64,000 nt of DNA, from contig OZ024741.1 in NCBI GenBank assembly GCA_964016885.1, positions 80,848,001 through 80,912,000 on the forward strand, in the 5' to 3' direction. Shown one piece after another: positions 1 through 10,703 of this stretch (the first letter of the stretch is position 1; each line of letters begins with the position of its first letter). The DNA comes from Eledone cirrhosa. Taxonomy: Eukaryota. Both the position numbers and the translations under genes were made by a program. Under the pieces are notes generated by a model that was not told where the DNA came from, made no database searches, and was given only the letters and a program-made list of their open reading frames with translations.

Positions 1-568
1 GAACCCCCCCCCTCTCCTCTGGCTACACTATATAGGACAGCTAAACTCACCAACACCAGAAACTAGATACACCACCCACCCCATCATCTGTGTACACTAA
101 ACACAACAGCATTTTTACCTTCACCGCCACCGCTCACTACGGCCATCATTACCACCACTATCCCATCACCGCCGCCACCACCCCTTGACTCCTTCACTGC
201 TGCTGCCACCGCTACAGCACCATCACTACAGTAATACGGCTCAAATATTCAAATATTCAACTTTGTATTGTACACTGTATATCCCAAAAAAAATAAAATG
301 GCTATAAATGGAAGAAGAAGAACCCCCCCCCCCCCCCCTCCTCTCCTCTGGCTACACTATATAGGACAGCGAAACTCACCAACACCAGAAACTAGATACA
401 CCACCCACCCCATCATCTGTGTACACTAAACACAACAGCATTTTCACCTTCACCGCCACCGCTCACTACGGCCATCATTACCACCACTATCCCATCACCG
501 CCGCCACCACCCCCTGACTCCTTCACTGCTGCTGCCACCGCTACAGCACCATCACTACAGTAATACGG
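1..568. repeat. Tandem duplication (~320-330 bp period) of a CAC/ACC-rich non-coding repeat
   Basis: 1-238 is repeated almost exactly at 320-568 (ctctcctct..ggctacactatataggacag...cagtaatacgg); a diverged relative lies at ~28494-28680. Confidence 0.85.
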
Positions 569-939
569 TCGCATCACCGCCACCACTGCCTCGGTATCGA
601 CATCACCACCACCACTGTCTCAGTATCGCCAACGCCGCCAGTCTCTGCTGGCTACCACTTCCACATTATAGAATTCCTACTACTAACAAAGAGGAAGGCA
701 TCAAAATATATAGATAGACTCAAAAGAAAAAAGAAAAAACAAACAACAAAAGCAGCACAGCAACAACAGTAAAAAACGAGAAAAACAGAGAAAAACAAAA
801 ACAAAAAAAGAAACCCCAAAAACGTAAAGAAAATAAGAATGAAGAGAGAAGCAGGCGGACGGACAGAGAAGAGGGGGGAAAAAGTAAAACTTAAAAAACA
901 AAAACTAAGTCAGACATTCGAATACTACATTACAATGAA

Positions 940-3900
940 ACTTATGCTTATTCATTTTTGGGGCCCTTTCTGCCCGTGTGTTTGTTTGTTTATGTGTGTC
1001 CGTATACAGCGTGGTGATAATGCCACACAAGGGCCAAGTGGGATGGCGGATCCACAGATGGCTATGTAAACATACATTCGCCAATCCTCGATAAGAGTGT
1101 TTAAATATCGAACATAAACAGTTCGAATAACGGTGAAATGGAGACTAGAACGTCATGTGACAGACTCTCACCCAACAGGTGCCCCCTGGCTCAGCAGCAG
1201 GAACCTGACTGTCAACCAAATACTGCTGATGTTGGAGGAAGAAGAAGAAGGAAAGGGGCCAGAACCAACTGGACGAAAGAATTGAATAGAACTGTTATGC
1301 AATGCTACCTGAAAAGTAACCCCAAGGAGAGGGGCTACAGGAGACGGATGCATAACATCTGGAACGAGATTGGTTTATTTAAATTAGATGAACAAAAATT
1401 GGCCGGGCAGGCTCGGGTAATAAGAACTAATGGGTGGATAAGCGAGCTGGAACTGGAGGAACTGAGCAGAGAGAATGGCTTGGAGATGGCGGGTGTAGTA
1501 TGCCAGACAAGCGAGCCGGCGGGAAATGAAGGTGAGGAGGTCCTGAGAACGGAGGAACCACCCGAAGCAGACAATGATCTGAATACTGAGATAAATAATA
1601 CCTGGAACAGAGATACGGCCACTGAGGAGATGAATGCTGACGGGCTAGGACAAGATTCGGTTGACATCCTAAATTTAGTGGTAGATGAGTTGAACAATGA
1701 TAGTGGGAGACCTATGAACCTAAGATTTGTAGACAGGAAAAAGTTAAAAGAAACAACAGCTAAGGTAAACAAAGTCATCCCATACCTTGAGGCGAGGAGT
1801 CTTCACCAGTGCAACAATATCCTCAAAGCAACAGCAAATACGGTGAGGAAACTACTTGGTATAAAAGCGAGAGGAAACAACAGACAAGAAAGAGCAGAGC
1901 CGTGGTGGAAGAAGCGACTGAGTGGGCAAATCGGGGAAATGAGAAATGACATAGGAAAGCTTGAGTCACTACTGAATGGGACACTAAAAAACATAGGCAC
2001 TAAAAATAGACTGGAAATAAAATACAAAACTAGGAGTAAAAAGCTAAATATTATCATAGAGGAATTGAAGCAACGCATTGTAGCAAAGAGTGCCAAAATC
2101 AGGCGATACGAGAACAGAGTCAGTCAGTATAAACAGAACCGCATGTTCGACAACAACCAGAAGATGCTGTTTGGACAGCTTGAGGGGAAAGAAAGAGGCA
2201 ACGACTTGATCCCTGGGGCGGAACAAGCTAAAACATTCTGGAAAGGAATATGGGAGCAGGATGTTAGACACAATGCCCAGGCAGGGTGGATTGAGACAGT
2301 ACAGAGGGAGATCGGTGAGCAGGCACAGCAACAGACTGATTTGAGTATCACAGTTGAAACTCTTAAGGGGCAAGCCAAAAAACTAACCAACTGGAAATCA
2401 CCAGGCCCAGATGGTGTGCAGGGGTATTGGATTAAACATTTAACATCCCTCCACCCGAAGCTGACGGCCATGTTCAATGACTGCTTGGTGTCGGGTGAGG
2501 TGCCAGAGTGGTTGACAAAAGGTACCACAGTTCTGATAATGAAAGACCGAATCAAGGGTAATGATGTTACCAACTATAGACCTATCACATGTCTGCCCGT
2601 AATGTGGAAACTGTTGACGAGCATTGTGTCTGAGGAAATCTACCATCACCTCCACACAAACAACTTGTTGCCGGACGAACAGAAAGGATGCCGAAAGAAG
2701 TCACGTGGTACAAAAGACCAGTTGCTTATTGATAAGATGGTAATGGGGAATTGCAGGAGGAGACACACTGATCTTGCCATGGGATGGATAGACTACAGAA
2801 AGGCATTTGACATGGTGCCTCATTCCTGGATCACCAAAAGCCTGGAGATCTTCAGGGTGGCAGATAACATCAGACAGTTGCTGGGCAGGAGTATGGGGTC
2901 CTGGGAGACAGAGTTGACATCAACTGGAGTATCCTTGGGAAGCGTGAAGATCAAGAGAGGTATCTTCCAGGGAGATAGCCTGTCCCCTCTGTTGTTTGTC
3001 CTTGCCCTGATGCCCTTGACCATTATGCTGCGAAAAGTGAGAGCAGGATACAAGTTGGGAAGGGGAGAGCTTACCATCAATCACCTCCTCTTCATGGACG
3101 ATCTTAAGCTCTTCGGGAAAAGTGAGAAGGAGTTGGATGTGCTTGTTGACACTGTCCGTATTTTCAGCAGTGATATATGTATGCAGTTTGGTATTGGTAA
3201 ATGTGGAGTCATTGTGATGAGGAGGGGTAGGTTGAGCAGAAGTAACGGGATCCAGATACCAACAGGTGAGATGATAAAGGAAATTGACTCTGAGGAAGGA
3301 TACAAGTATTTGGGCGTTCTGGAGGCTGATGGCATAAAGAACAAAAAAAATGAAGGAATTGTTAAGAACTGAATACATTCGGAGAGTAAGGAGCGTATTG
3401 AAGTCACATCTGAACAGCAGAAATGCCATAAGCTCAGTAAATTCCCGAGCTGTGTCTATTATTAGGTACAGTGCGGGAATTCTGAGATGGAATGTTGCTG
3501 AACAAAAAGAAATGGATAGGAAGACTAGGAAGCTATTGACTATCTACAACATGTTCCACAAGAGGAGTGATGTCGATAGACTCTACCTAAGGAGATCTGA
3601 GGGTGGAAGAGGTCTTATCAGCATAGAGGACTGTGTTCAGATGGAGAAAAACAACCTATACAAATACGTGACCTATAGTAAGGAGCCAATGCTCAGAGCT
3701 GTACTGAAGGAGGGGACAGTAGGCCAGGGGATACCCAAGGAGGAAATAACATCAAGGAGGAAGAGCAGCCTTAAGGGAAAATCCCTTCATAGTACCTTCT
3801 TTGAGAAAACTGAATTTAGAGATCCACAGACATGGAACTGGTTGAGAAGAGGAGACCTCAAAAAGGCTACAGAAGGAATGCTAATGGCTGCGCAGGAGCA

Positions 3901-4606
3901 GGCCCTCAAAACGAAGTGGTTGAAGCACCATATCTACAAGGAGGAGGCTAGCCCACTGTGCAGGATCTGTGGAGAGAGAGAGGAGACTGTGGCTCACATT
4001 GTGTCCGAGTGTAAACACCTAGCCCAGACCCACTATAAGGGCTGGAGACACGATGTGATGGGCAGGGTGATCCACTGGCACCTGTGCAAAGTAAACAATC
4101 TACCACATTCTGAGAAATGGTATGAGCATAGGCCAGAGGCGGTGATGGAGAACAGTCAGGTGAAGGTGCTGTGGGATTTTAGGATACAGACGGACAAAAA
4201 ACTGGAACACAATAGACCTGACCTGGTGGTTGTGGACAAAGAAAAAAGATCGTGCCTGATTGTGGATGTGGCCTGCCCGTTCGACACGAGAGTGCAAGAG
4301 AAGGAGAGGGAGAAAATTAACCGATACCAGGACCTAAAGTGGGAGGTGAAAAGGATTTGGAACTGCCATGAAGTCAAAGTGATCCCGATTGTCATAGGCG
4401 CACTGGGGACTATCTCCAAAGGTTTCCAGGGATGGTTAAAGAAAATCGGCCCCTTCACGCTTTTTGGAACGCTTCAAAAGGCATGCTTGCTTGGAACGGC
4501 AAGAACCCTCCGATACGTCCTGAATATCTGAGGCTGCAGGTAGTGGCTTGATATTCAATCCAACGGACTTTCCAGTTAACCAACATCAATGACTGAGATT
4601 CAAGGA
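940..4606 (+). mobile_element. R4/Dong-like non-LTR retrotransposon copy A, near full length (5' boundary uncertain)
   Basis: Single long ORF with RT, CCHC and restriction-like endonuclease; short 3' UTR; ends in (TAA)n, the known Dong target. Confidence 0.9.
1138..4531 (+). CDS. RT-RLE polyprotein split by one frameshift near 3345 (ORFs 1138-3372 and 3350-4531)
   Basis: Motifs KSPGPDG, YRPITCL, QGDSLSPLLF, FMDDLKLF; CRICGEREETVAHIVSEC; RHD, RPDLVV..D..EK..RY. A8 run here versus A7 in the in-frame copy at ~11340. Confidence 0.9.
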
Positions 4607-4617
4607 ATAACAATAAC

Positions 4618-4656
<39 letters not shown>
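4607..4656. repeat. (TAA)n microsatellite shared as tail by copy A and copy B
   Basis: Seen directly. Confidence 0.95.
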
Positions 4657-4658
<2 letters not shown>

Positions 4659-4906
4659 TTTCTTTATTAACCACAAGGGTTTACATAAAGTAGACATTAA
4701 GGACAGTGCAGGACAATGCAGGACGGTACAAATGGGCATTTCTGCGTGTAAAAAACAAAAACAGAGGATGTAACAAAAAATAACAATGAAAAATTCCCCA
4801 ATAGGGGGGAGACTTCGGAGGGACATTTGTGGAGAAAGCCCAGTAAAAAGCCACAATGACCCTGACCACCAAGGCAAGTGCCCTCTCCCAGTTTTCCACC
4901 TTTAAT

Positions 4907-7900
4907 TTACAGATATATACTCAGAGTAGGCCCATTCACTCGGGCCATTCTTGCTTCTCTCACCCATCTTTCAACAAAATGCTGGGAAGAGAGCACTTCC
5001 CTCTCTACTCTGATTTTCCTTTTCAAATGAAATTTGAAAAAGTCAATCAGAGCATCACCGAAGAGGTAAGTGCTCGTCTTCAGCCCTTTCAAACATTTCC
5101 ACCATACTATCTCTTTCGCCATGGCCACCAGACAGATAAAAACTGCCTGCCCTTCCCGGCTAAAGGAGGAGGGCTGGGCAATCCTCACGATGGACTCAGA
5201 TGATAGCCGGATCCGTCCTAAACGCGACAGCAGGTGTTCGACATAAACCCACAAGTCAGCAATTTTCGGACACTGGACGAGTGCGTGCAGGACGGTTTCG
5301 TCGCCCTGCGCGCATCTCGGACATGCCCGGCTGACGGCACCTCCATGCCTGTAGAGTTTATCCCGAACTGGCAAGGCTCCTCGGTAGCACTGCCAGGCCA
5401 GAGATTTCTGGAAGTTGTCCATAGGCCCTGGCCCGAAAGTTCTTCCGAAGAGATTGGCTAGTTGATTTTCGTCGACGCCTAGAGTTTCCCCAAGTACGTC
5501 GTCGCTCTTCCCCTCCACTAATCCTCTATAGAACGCCGAGGTGGAGTTTCCACCGATCACATTGCCCGATTGGTCGAGGGCTGTAAGCGCCTGAAGACAT
5601 TCCAGTCTCCAGGCGCTCCCTCTCGGTCTTCGCTTGACCCAGGACTGCAGCTCCGTCAAGGAAACGAGCTGGGGAAATACGTGTCTAGCAAACGGCGACC
5701 ACACCTGATCACCGTCGAGGAAGAGGTGGAGATGTCGTAGCCTGAGCGCGTGCCTGCGCATCATCAGCCACGGCATGCCCAGGCCTCCATGTAGCGGGTG
5801 TTGACAACAGATGGACCGCCTGACCATCGGAGCGCGTCCCTTCCACAAAAAGCGAAAGAGCAAATGCTCCAGCGCAGTCAGGCGGGGCTTAGGACAAGGT
5901 ACGACGGTCAGGCGGTAGCAGATGACAGACGCGATGTACGCGTTAGCCATCTCCGCTCGACCTTTCAGGGATAGCTTCCTCTCCGCCCATTTCTGGGTGA
6001 GAGAAGCCACCCTGCTCGTCACCTCGTCCCAGTTTTTGTCCGTCTGGAGGTCCGGACCGCACCAGACCCCTAGCAATTTAACCGGTCCGTCCGTCCAGCG
6101 TCCGACGACGCTGTTGGACGACATGGACCTGCCTCTCCAGGTGCTGAGCTGCAGGCCCACTGACTTTTCCTGGTTGATCATTGCTCCTGTCACCGCTTCG
6201 TATTCTCTTAGTGTAGTGCCGATCGCCTCGATGTGTTTGGCGTTCGACACCACTACGGTGACATCGTCCGCATATGCTGACACGGATCTTCCGCATCCTA
6301 GCTCGCGCGGGACTCCTCTCAACGTCTCCAGTTTGTGCAGTAATGGCTCGAGAGTCAATACGTACAAGAGGGACGAGAGGGGACATCCTTGGCGGACCGA
6401 ACGCATTATGTTAAACGGTTCCGAAAGGTGACCGTTCACTCTCACCACAGAGCAGATGTCGCTGTGCATGGCAGCGATCCAGCCTCTGAAGACGGGCCCA
6501 AAGCCAGCTGCCCTCAGGACTGCCGCTAGGTAACGATGGTCAACCCTATCGAAAGCTTTCGACTGATCTAAATTGATCAAGGACCCACCCGTGCCAGGTT
6601 CCTTAGCTACCCTCTCTATGATGTATCGCATGAGGTGGAGGTTGTCGTGGATGGATCTGTCGGGAATGGCGCATGTCTGCGCCTCTCCCACCAGACCACC
6701 AACGACAAGCGCCAACCTCTTTGCTAGCACCTTGGCCAAAATCTTGAACTCTGTGTTTAGCAGAGTTATGGGCCGGAAATTATCTATGTTATCCCCCTTG
6801 TTCGGATCCTTTGTCAGCAGTGCCACCGCTCCTCGGCTCACAGAACTGGGAATTCTCCCGTTCTGTTGCCAGTTGCAGTAGACGTCCGCCAAGAGGCCTC
6901 CGAACAAGTCTGGCATCTGTACGTAAAGTTCATAGGGCAGACCATCCAAACCAGGCGATTTACCCCTTGTGCAGCCAGTCATTGCCTCCCTTACTTCAGC
7001 GGCTGTTATCGGCTTTTCGCAACACTTCGCCTCAGTGGCTGAGAGCCGCGGCAGTCCGTCGAGGTAGACACTAAAGTCCATCCCTCTACCCGGCCCACCG
7101 CTGCCCCCGAACAGCTGAGCGAAGTGTCGCTGAAAAGCTTCACATATTTGCCCGGGATCGAGTAGCATGCGCCCGTCGTGGTCCACCAAAGACCGGATCC
7201 AGGCTTTGTTGCCACGACGCGCCTCCGCCACTCGGGCCCATTGAACGGCTTTCGTCCCCTCGTGTCTGAGAGCACGCACCCTTGCTCTGACAACGCAGCC
7301 TTCGTGCTTTGCATTGAAGAATTGGTCAAGGGCCAATTTCGCCGCAAGTACGTCGGTCGCAATGCCTTTGCTAAGCGCCTCGTCTAATTTTCTAACTAGT
7401 TCTCCCTCTGCTCTATTTTACTCTATTGCTAAAGCCTTACTAAACCTAATGGATTCTATTCTAATCGCTCTTTTCAGAGCAAACCACCACTTGTTGTTGA
7501 CGATGGCCCCCGTCAACGCCCGCTTAACTAGTTCGCTAATCCGGTCTCTGTAGGCCTTACGCGCTGGTAAGGACGCGTTTAGCTTCCAGTAGCCGGGTCC
7601 TCGTCTATGAAGCCTATCTAAGTCAAGCACACAGATCACGAATTTGTGGTCCGTGTAGCTGACTATCTTGAATTGTGGACAGCCTATGCTAGACCTATCT
7701 ATTTCCCTACAAAATACTCTATCTAGATATGATCTGGATGACCCTATGCGATTTGTCCAAGTCCACATTGGCACATTCGGGAAATCCAATCGGTACCTGT
7801 CAGACAGTTCAAAACGCCTGAGCAGGTTGGTGAGGATCTTGCACCCTCCACCCCTATCCGCTAATCCCACACAGTCCCAGCGTGCATCTAAGATCCCCTT

Positions 7901-8326
7901 CCAGTCGCCCACTAACACTAAAGAGCGGGACGTTCCAAGAAAGGTCTCCAGACGCCGGAAGAAATCAGGCCGCCCTGCTCCTGTCGGGGCATAGACGGCC
8001 ACTAGCCTGAAAGCTTGCCCGTCTCCGCTGGTCACGTCCAGCACCACCAGCTTACCCTCTGGGTCCAGGAAGATGGCCCGTATGGCGAGATCCAAACCTC
8101 TCCGAAAAAGCACAGCAACTCCTCCCCCCAATCCAGGACGGCTGGGAGATGCGTACACATCGTAGCCGCCAAAGATCGGTGCGAAGGCCGGTGCTTCGGA
8201 GATTCTGGTCTCGCTGATGGCCACTACATCTATGTTTAGTGACCTGAGGTCGTTGAGCAGGTGACCCTGCTTCCATGACGACCCCAAGCCACGCGCATTT
8301 ATGCTGCCTATTCTGAGTGAGGTCAT
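4907..8326 (-). CDS. ORF2 APE endonuclease-RT of copy B with one in-frame stop at 7418-7420
   Basis: APE motifs NARGL, SET, GD, YLDR, TDH; RT motifs FRPITLLN, QGCPLS, AYADD; CPRC..ETVLH..QC. ORFs 7418-8326 and 4907-7336 share a frame; copy F has AAA at the stop position. Confidence 0.92.
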
Positions 8327-8361
8327 GTTTAAAATAGAGGGGAAAAGATGGGAAAGACCAC

Positions 8362-10461
8362 TTACCGTACTTTTGGTAGAGGAGGGATGGTTTTTACATC
8401 CCTTTTCACTTGATCGTCTGGTGAAGGGACCGTTGAATCGTCCCTTCGGCTGGTCGTCGGCTCTTCTAAGAGAATGTCTGAATATACTCTTCGATTGATA
8501 GTTCCTCCTTGGTCCCTGAAATCACCAACTGCGTTGGGGAATTTCGTTTTAATGTTAGTGTATTGTTTCTGTGCTATTTTTAGCAGTCTTATGTTAGTTG
8601 GCGTTTTGATTGGTGCTGGTATTATGTAGTCGTGTTGCGAAATGTCTGTGTGTTCAATTATGTAATTCATTAGTTTCTTGTTGTGTGTATTTATTGCCGT
8701 GCATTTGTTTTTCTGGGGGTGTGGTTTGGTTCTGCTATTTTCTTGTCGTTGTTGCTGGGTGTGTGTGTTTTGTTGTTGTGTTTGCGATGTTGGTGCTTGT
8801 GGTGGTGGTGTTGAAGGTGTTGTTAGCGGTGGGGTTGTCGCCGGTGGTGATGGTGGTGCTAGTGTGGGTGGTGATGGTGTTGGTGGTGTTGCTGCTGTGG
8901 GTCTCTTTGCAGTAGACTTTACCCTTTTCTCATTTCTTTCCTCCCTTTTCAAAGGCGACGATGCGCTGCTTCTGCGTTTGTGCCTTCTTACGACCTTTTG
9001 CCATCCCTCTCCCACCTCACACTCCATGTCTGATTCTGTGAGGTCGGGGAGGGGTACCAGCACTACTCTTTCACTTGTTGTTGTTGGTGATGTTTGCACT
9101 GGAGTCTCTGTTGCAGCTGCATTTGGTATTGCTGTTGTTGTTGTTAATATTTCCACTGCTGCTGCTGTTTTTGATTTCCGTGGCGTGGTTATGGGTGCCA
9201 CGGACCTATCGTTCCTGGTTGCCGCTTGTCCTGTTGCTGGTAGCCGTGGAGCCGGTTTCGGAAGGAGGGGGGTTTTCTCCTTTCTCAGGGTCTTCTCGTT
9301 GCAGAAGGACCTGAGGTGAGTCTTCGATCCACAGCGAAAGCATTTCGGGCGTTTTCCCTCAACACTTATGGGCAGTTGAGTGCCGTTATCGAAGTCTATC
9401 ACATCCAGGATAGCTTCGATGCACTCCTGGTTGCTTTGGATTAGCATCTCAATGGAGGTGCCGACCCAATCTTCTCTTACTTTTTTCTGTACTTGCAGTA
9501 CAGTTGTTTTGTTTTCGATTCCGACGAGGACAGACGCGGCCAGCCAAGAAGGGGCCATTCCGGGGGGGACGTGGGTCAGTTTGACCCACACAGTTTTTTG
9601 CCCGCAGTAGGAGGGCACCAACACCATTTCCACGCTCCTTAGGGTCACTACAGATTGGGCCTTTGCCTCCTGGGGTGTGGCAAAAAGTACGTCTACGGTG
9701 GCATATTTTTTGCCTCGGGTGATGTGCGTTTTCCGCTGCCACACAGACCCCAAGGCCTTTTGTATTTGAGCCTCTGTGGCTCTTCCCACCCTACGGGATT
9801 TTGTACTTACTGTACGGTACGTGACCGTACAGTGCTGTTGGGTTTCGAAAAAATTTTCCGCTGCCTTGCAGATTGCTCGGTGTCCATTCTTTGTCACCAT
9901 CTTCTTCGCTTCCTCTAATTCCTCATTTGTTATGAGGATTGTTTCCAAGTTTTTCGCAATACCTGCAAATGAGATTGGTTTTTCTTTGCTGCTGTTGTTG
10001 TTGTCGTCAGAGCTGCTGTTACTTTTGTTGTTGCTGCAGGTACTACGACTACTGCCTCCGCCGCTGTTGCTGTGGTTGTTGTTGGTGTTGCTGCTGCTAA
10101 TGCTGTTGTTGTTTATGCTGCTGGTGATGCTGTTGCGGCTGCTACTGTTGTTTTCATTGTCACTGTTGCTGTTGTTATTACGGCTGCTACTGCTATTATT
10201 CCTGACGTCAGACGAATGAACTGGGTTTTCGTATTTCCCGCACACCTGTTTCGTCGCTGTCGTCGTCGTCGTGGAGAAACCTTGCACGCTTTGCACGAGA
10301 CTTTTCTTTTCTTTCGTCACTTGCAAAAGAGAAGGAAGGGAGAGAGACACATTTAAAGAAGGGAGGGAGAGAGACAATCTTCTCTCTGCTGTAGTGACGA
10401 TTGAGGAAGAAGAAGACGGAATGAGTGGGAGTGACCTATGCAAATTCTTTTTCGTAGCCAT
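8362..10461 (-). CDS. ORF1 (gag-like) protein of copy B, 699 aa
   Basis: Intact ORF; zinc knuckle CFRCGSKTHLRSFC; N/S-rich and P/T-rich low-complexity arms; upstream of APE-RT. Confidence 0.88.
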   Translation of the reverse strand: MATKKNLHRSLPLIPSSSSSIVTTAERRLSLSLPSLNVSLSLPSLLQVTKEKKSLVQSVQGFSTTTTTATKQVCGKYENPVHSSDVRNNSSSSRNNNSNSDNENNSSSRNSITSSINNNSISSSNTNNNHSNSGGGSSRSTCSNNKSNSSSDDNNNSSKEKPISFAGIAKNLETILITNEELEEAKKMVTKNGHRAICKAAENFFETQQHCTVTYRTVSTKSRRVGRATEAQIQKALGSVWQRKTHITRGKKYATVDVLFATPQEAKAQSVVTLRSVEMVLVPSYCGQKTVWVKLTHVPPGMAPSWLAASVLVGIENKTTVLQVQKKVREDWVGTSIEMLIQSNQECIEAILDVIDFDNGTQLPISVEGKRPKCFRCGSKTHLRSFCNEKTLRKEKTPLLPKPAPRLPATGQAATRNDRSVAPITTPRKSKTAAAVEILTTTTAIPNAAATETPVQTSPTTTSERVVLVPLPDLTESDMECEVGEGWQKVVRRHKRRSSASSPLKREERNEKRVKSTAKRPTAATPPTPSPPTLAPPSPPATTPPLTTPSTPPPQAPTSQTQQQNTHTQQQRQENSRTKPHPQKNKCTAINTHNKKLMNYIIEHTDISQHDYIIPAPIKTPTNIRLLKIAQKQYTNIKTKFPNAVGDFRDQGGTINRRVYSDILLEEPTTSRRDDSTVPSPDDQVKRDVKTIPPLPKVR

Positions 10462-10703
10462 GTTGTTTTTTTTTTGTTTAAAATAAATATTGGGTACAAA
10501 ACCCCAATAAGCAGTTATTTAACCCCGAAGGGCCAAATAACGGGCAGAAAGACCCCTCTCACGAGGAGGAGGGTGTTTTTGTCTACAAGTTGGTCTAAGT
10601 TTTAAAAAATTTACAATTGTTATAGCGTTCAAAATTTACAGTACCTTACAGAGCCGAGCCTCCGTCAACCATAGCATTCAATAATAATAATACTAATAAT
10701 AAT

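Larger units (their letters stand above)
4657..10680 (-). mobile_element. Tx1/L1-like non-LTR retrotransposon copy B, full length
   Basis: 5' UTR, ORF1, ORF2, 3' end cccttgtggttaataaagaaatc then (ATT)n; TAA repeats on both flanks. Confidence 0.92.

Noticed and set aside
3340-3355. Programmed frameshift in copy A
   Set aside because: Copy C is in frame at the same site
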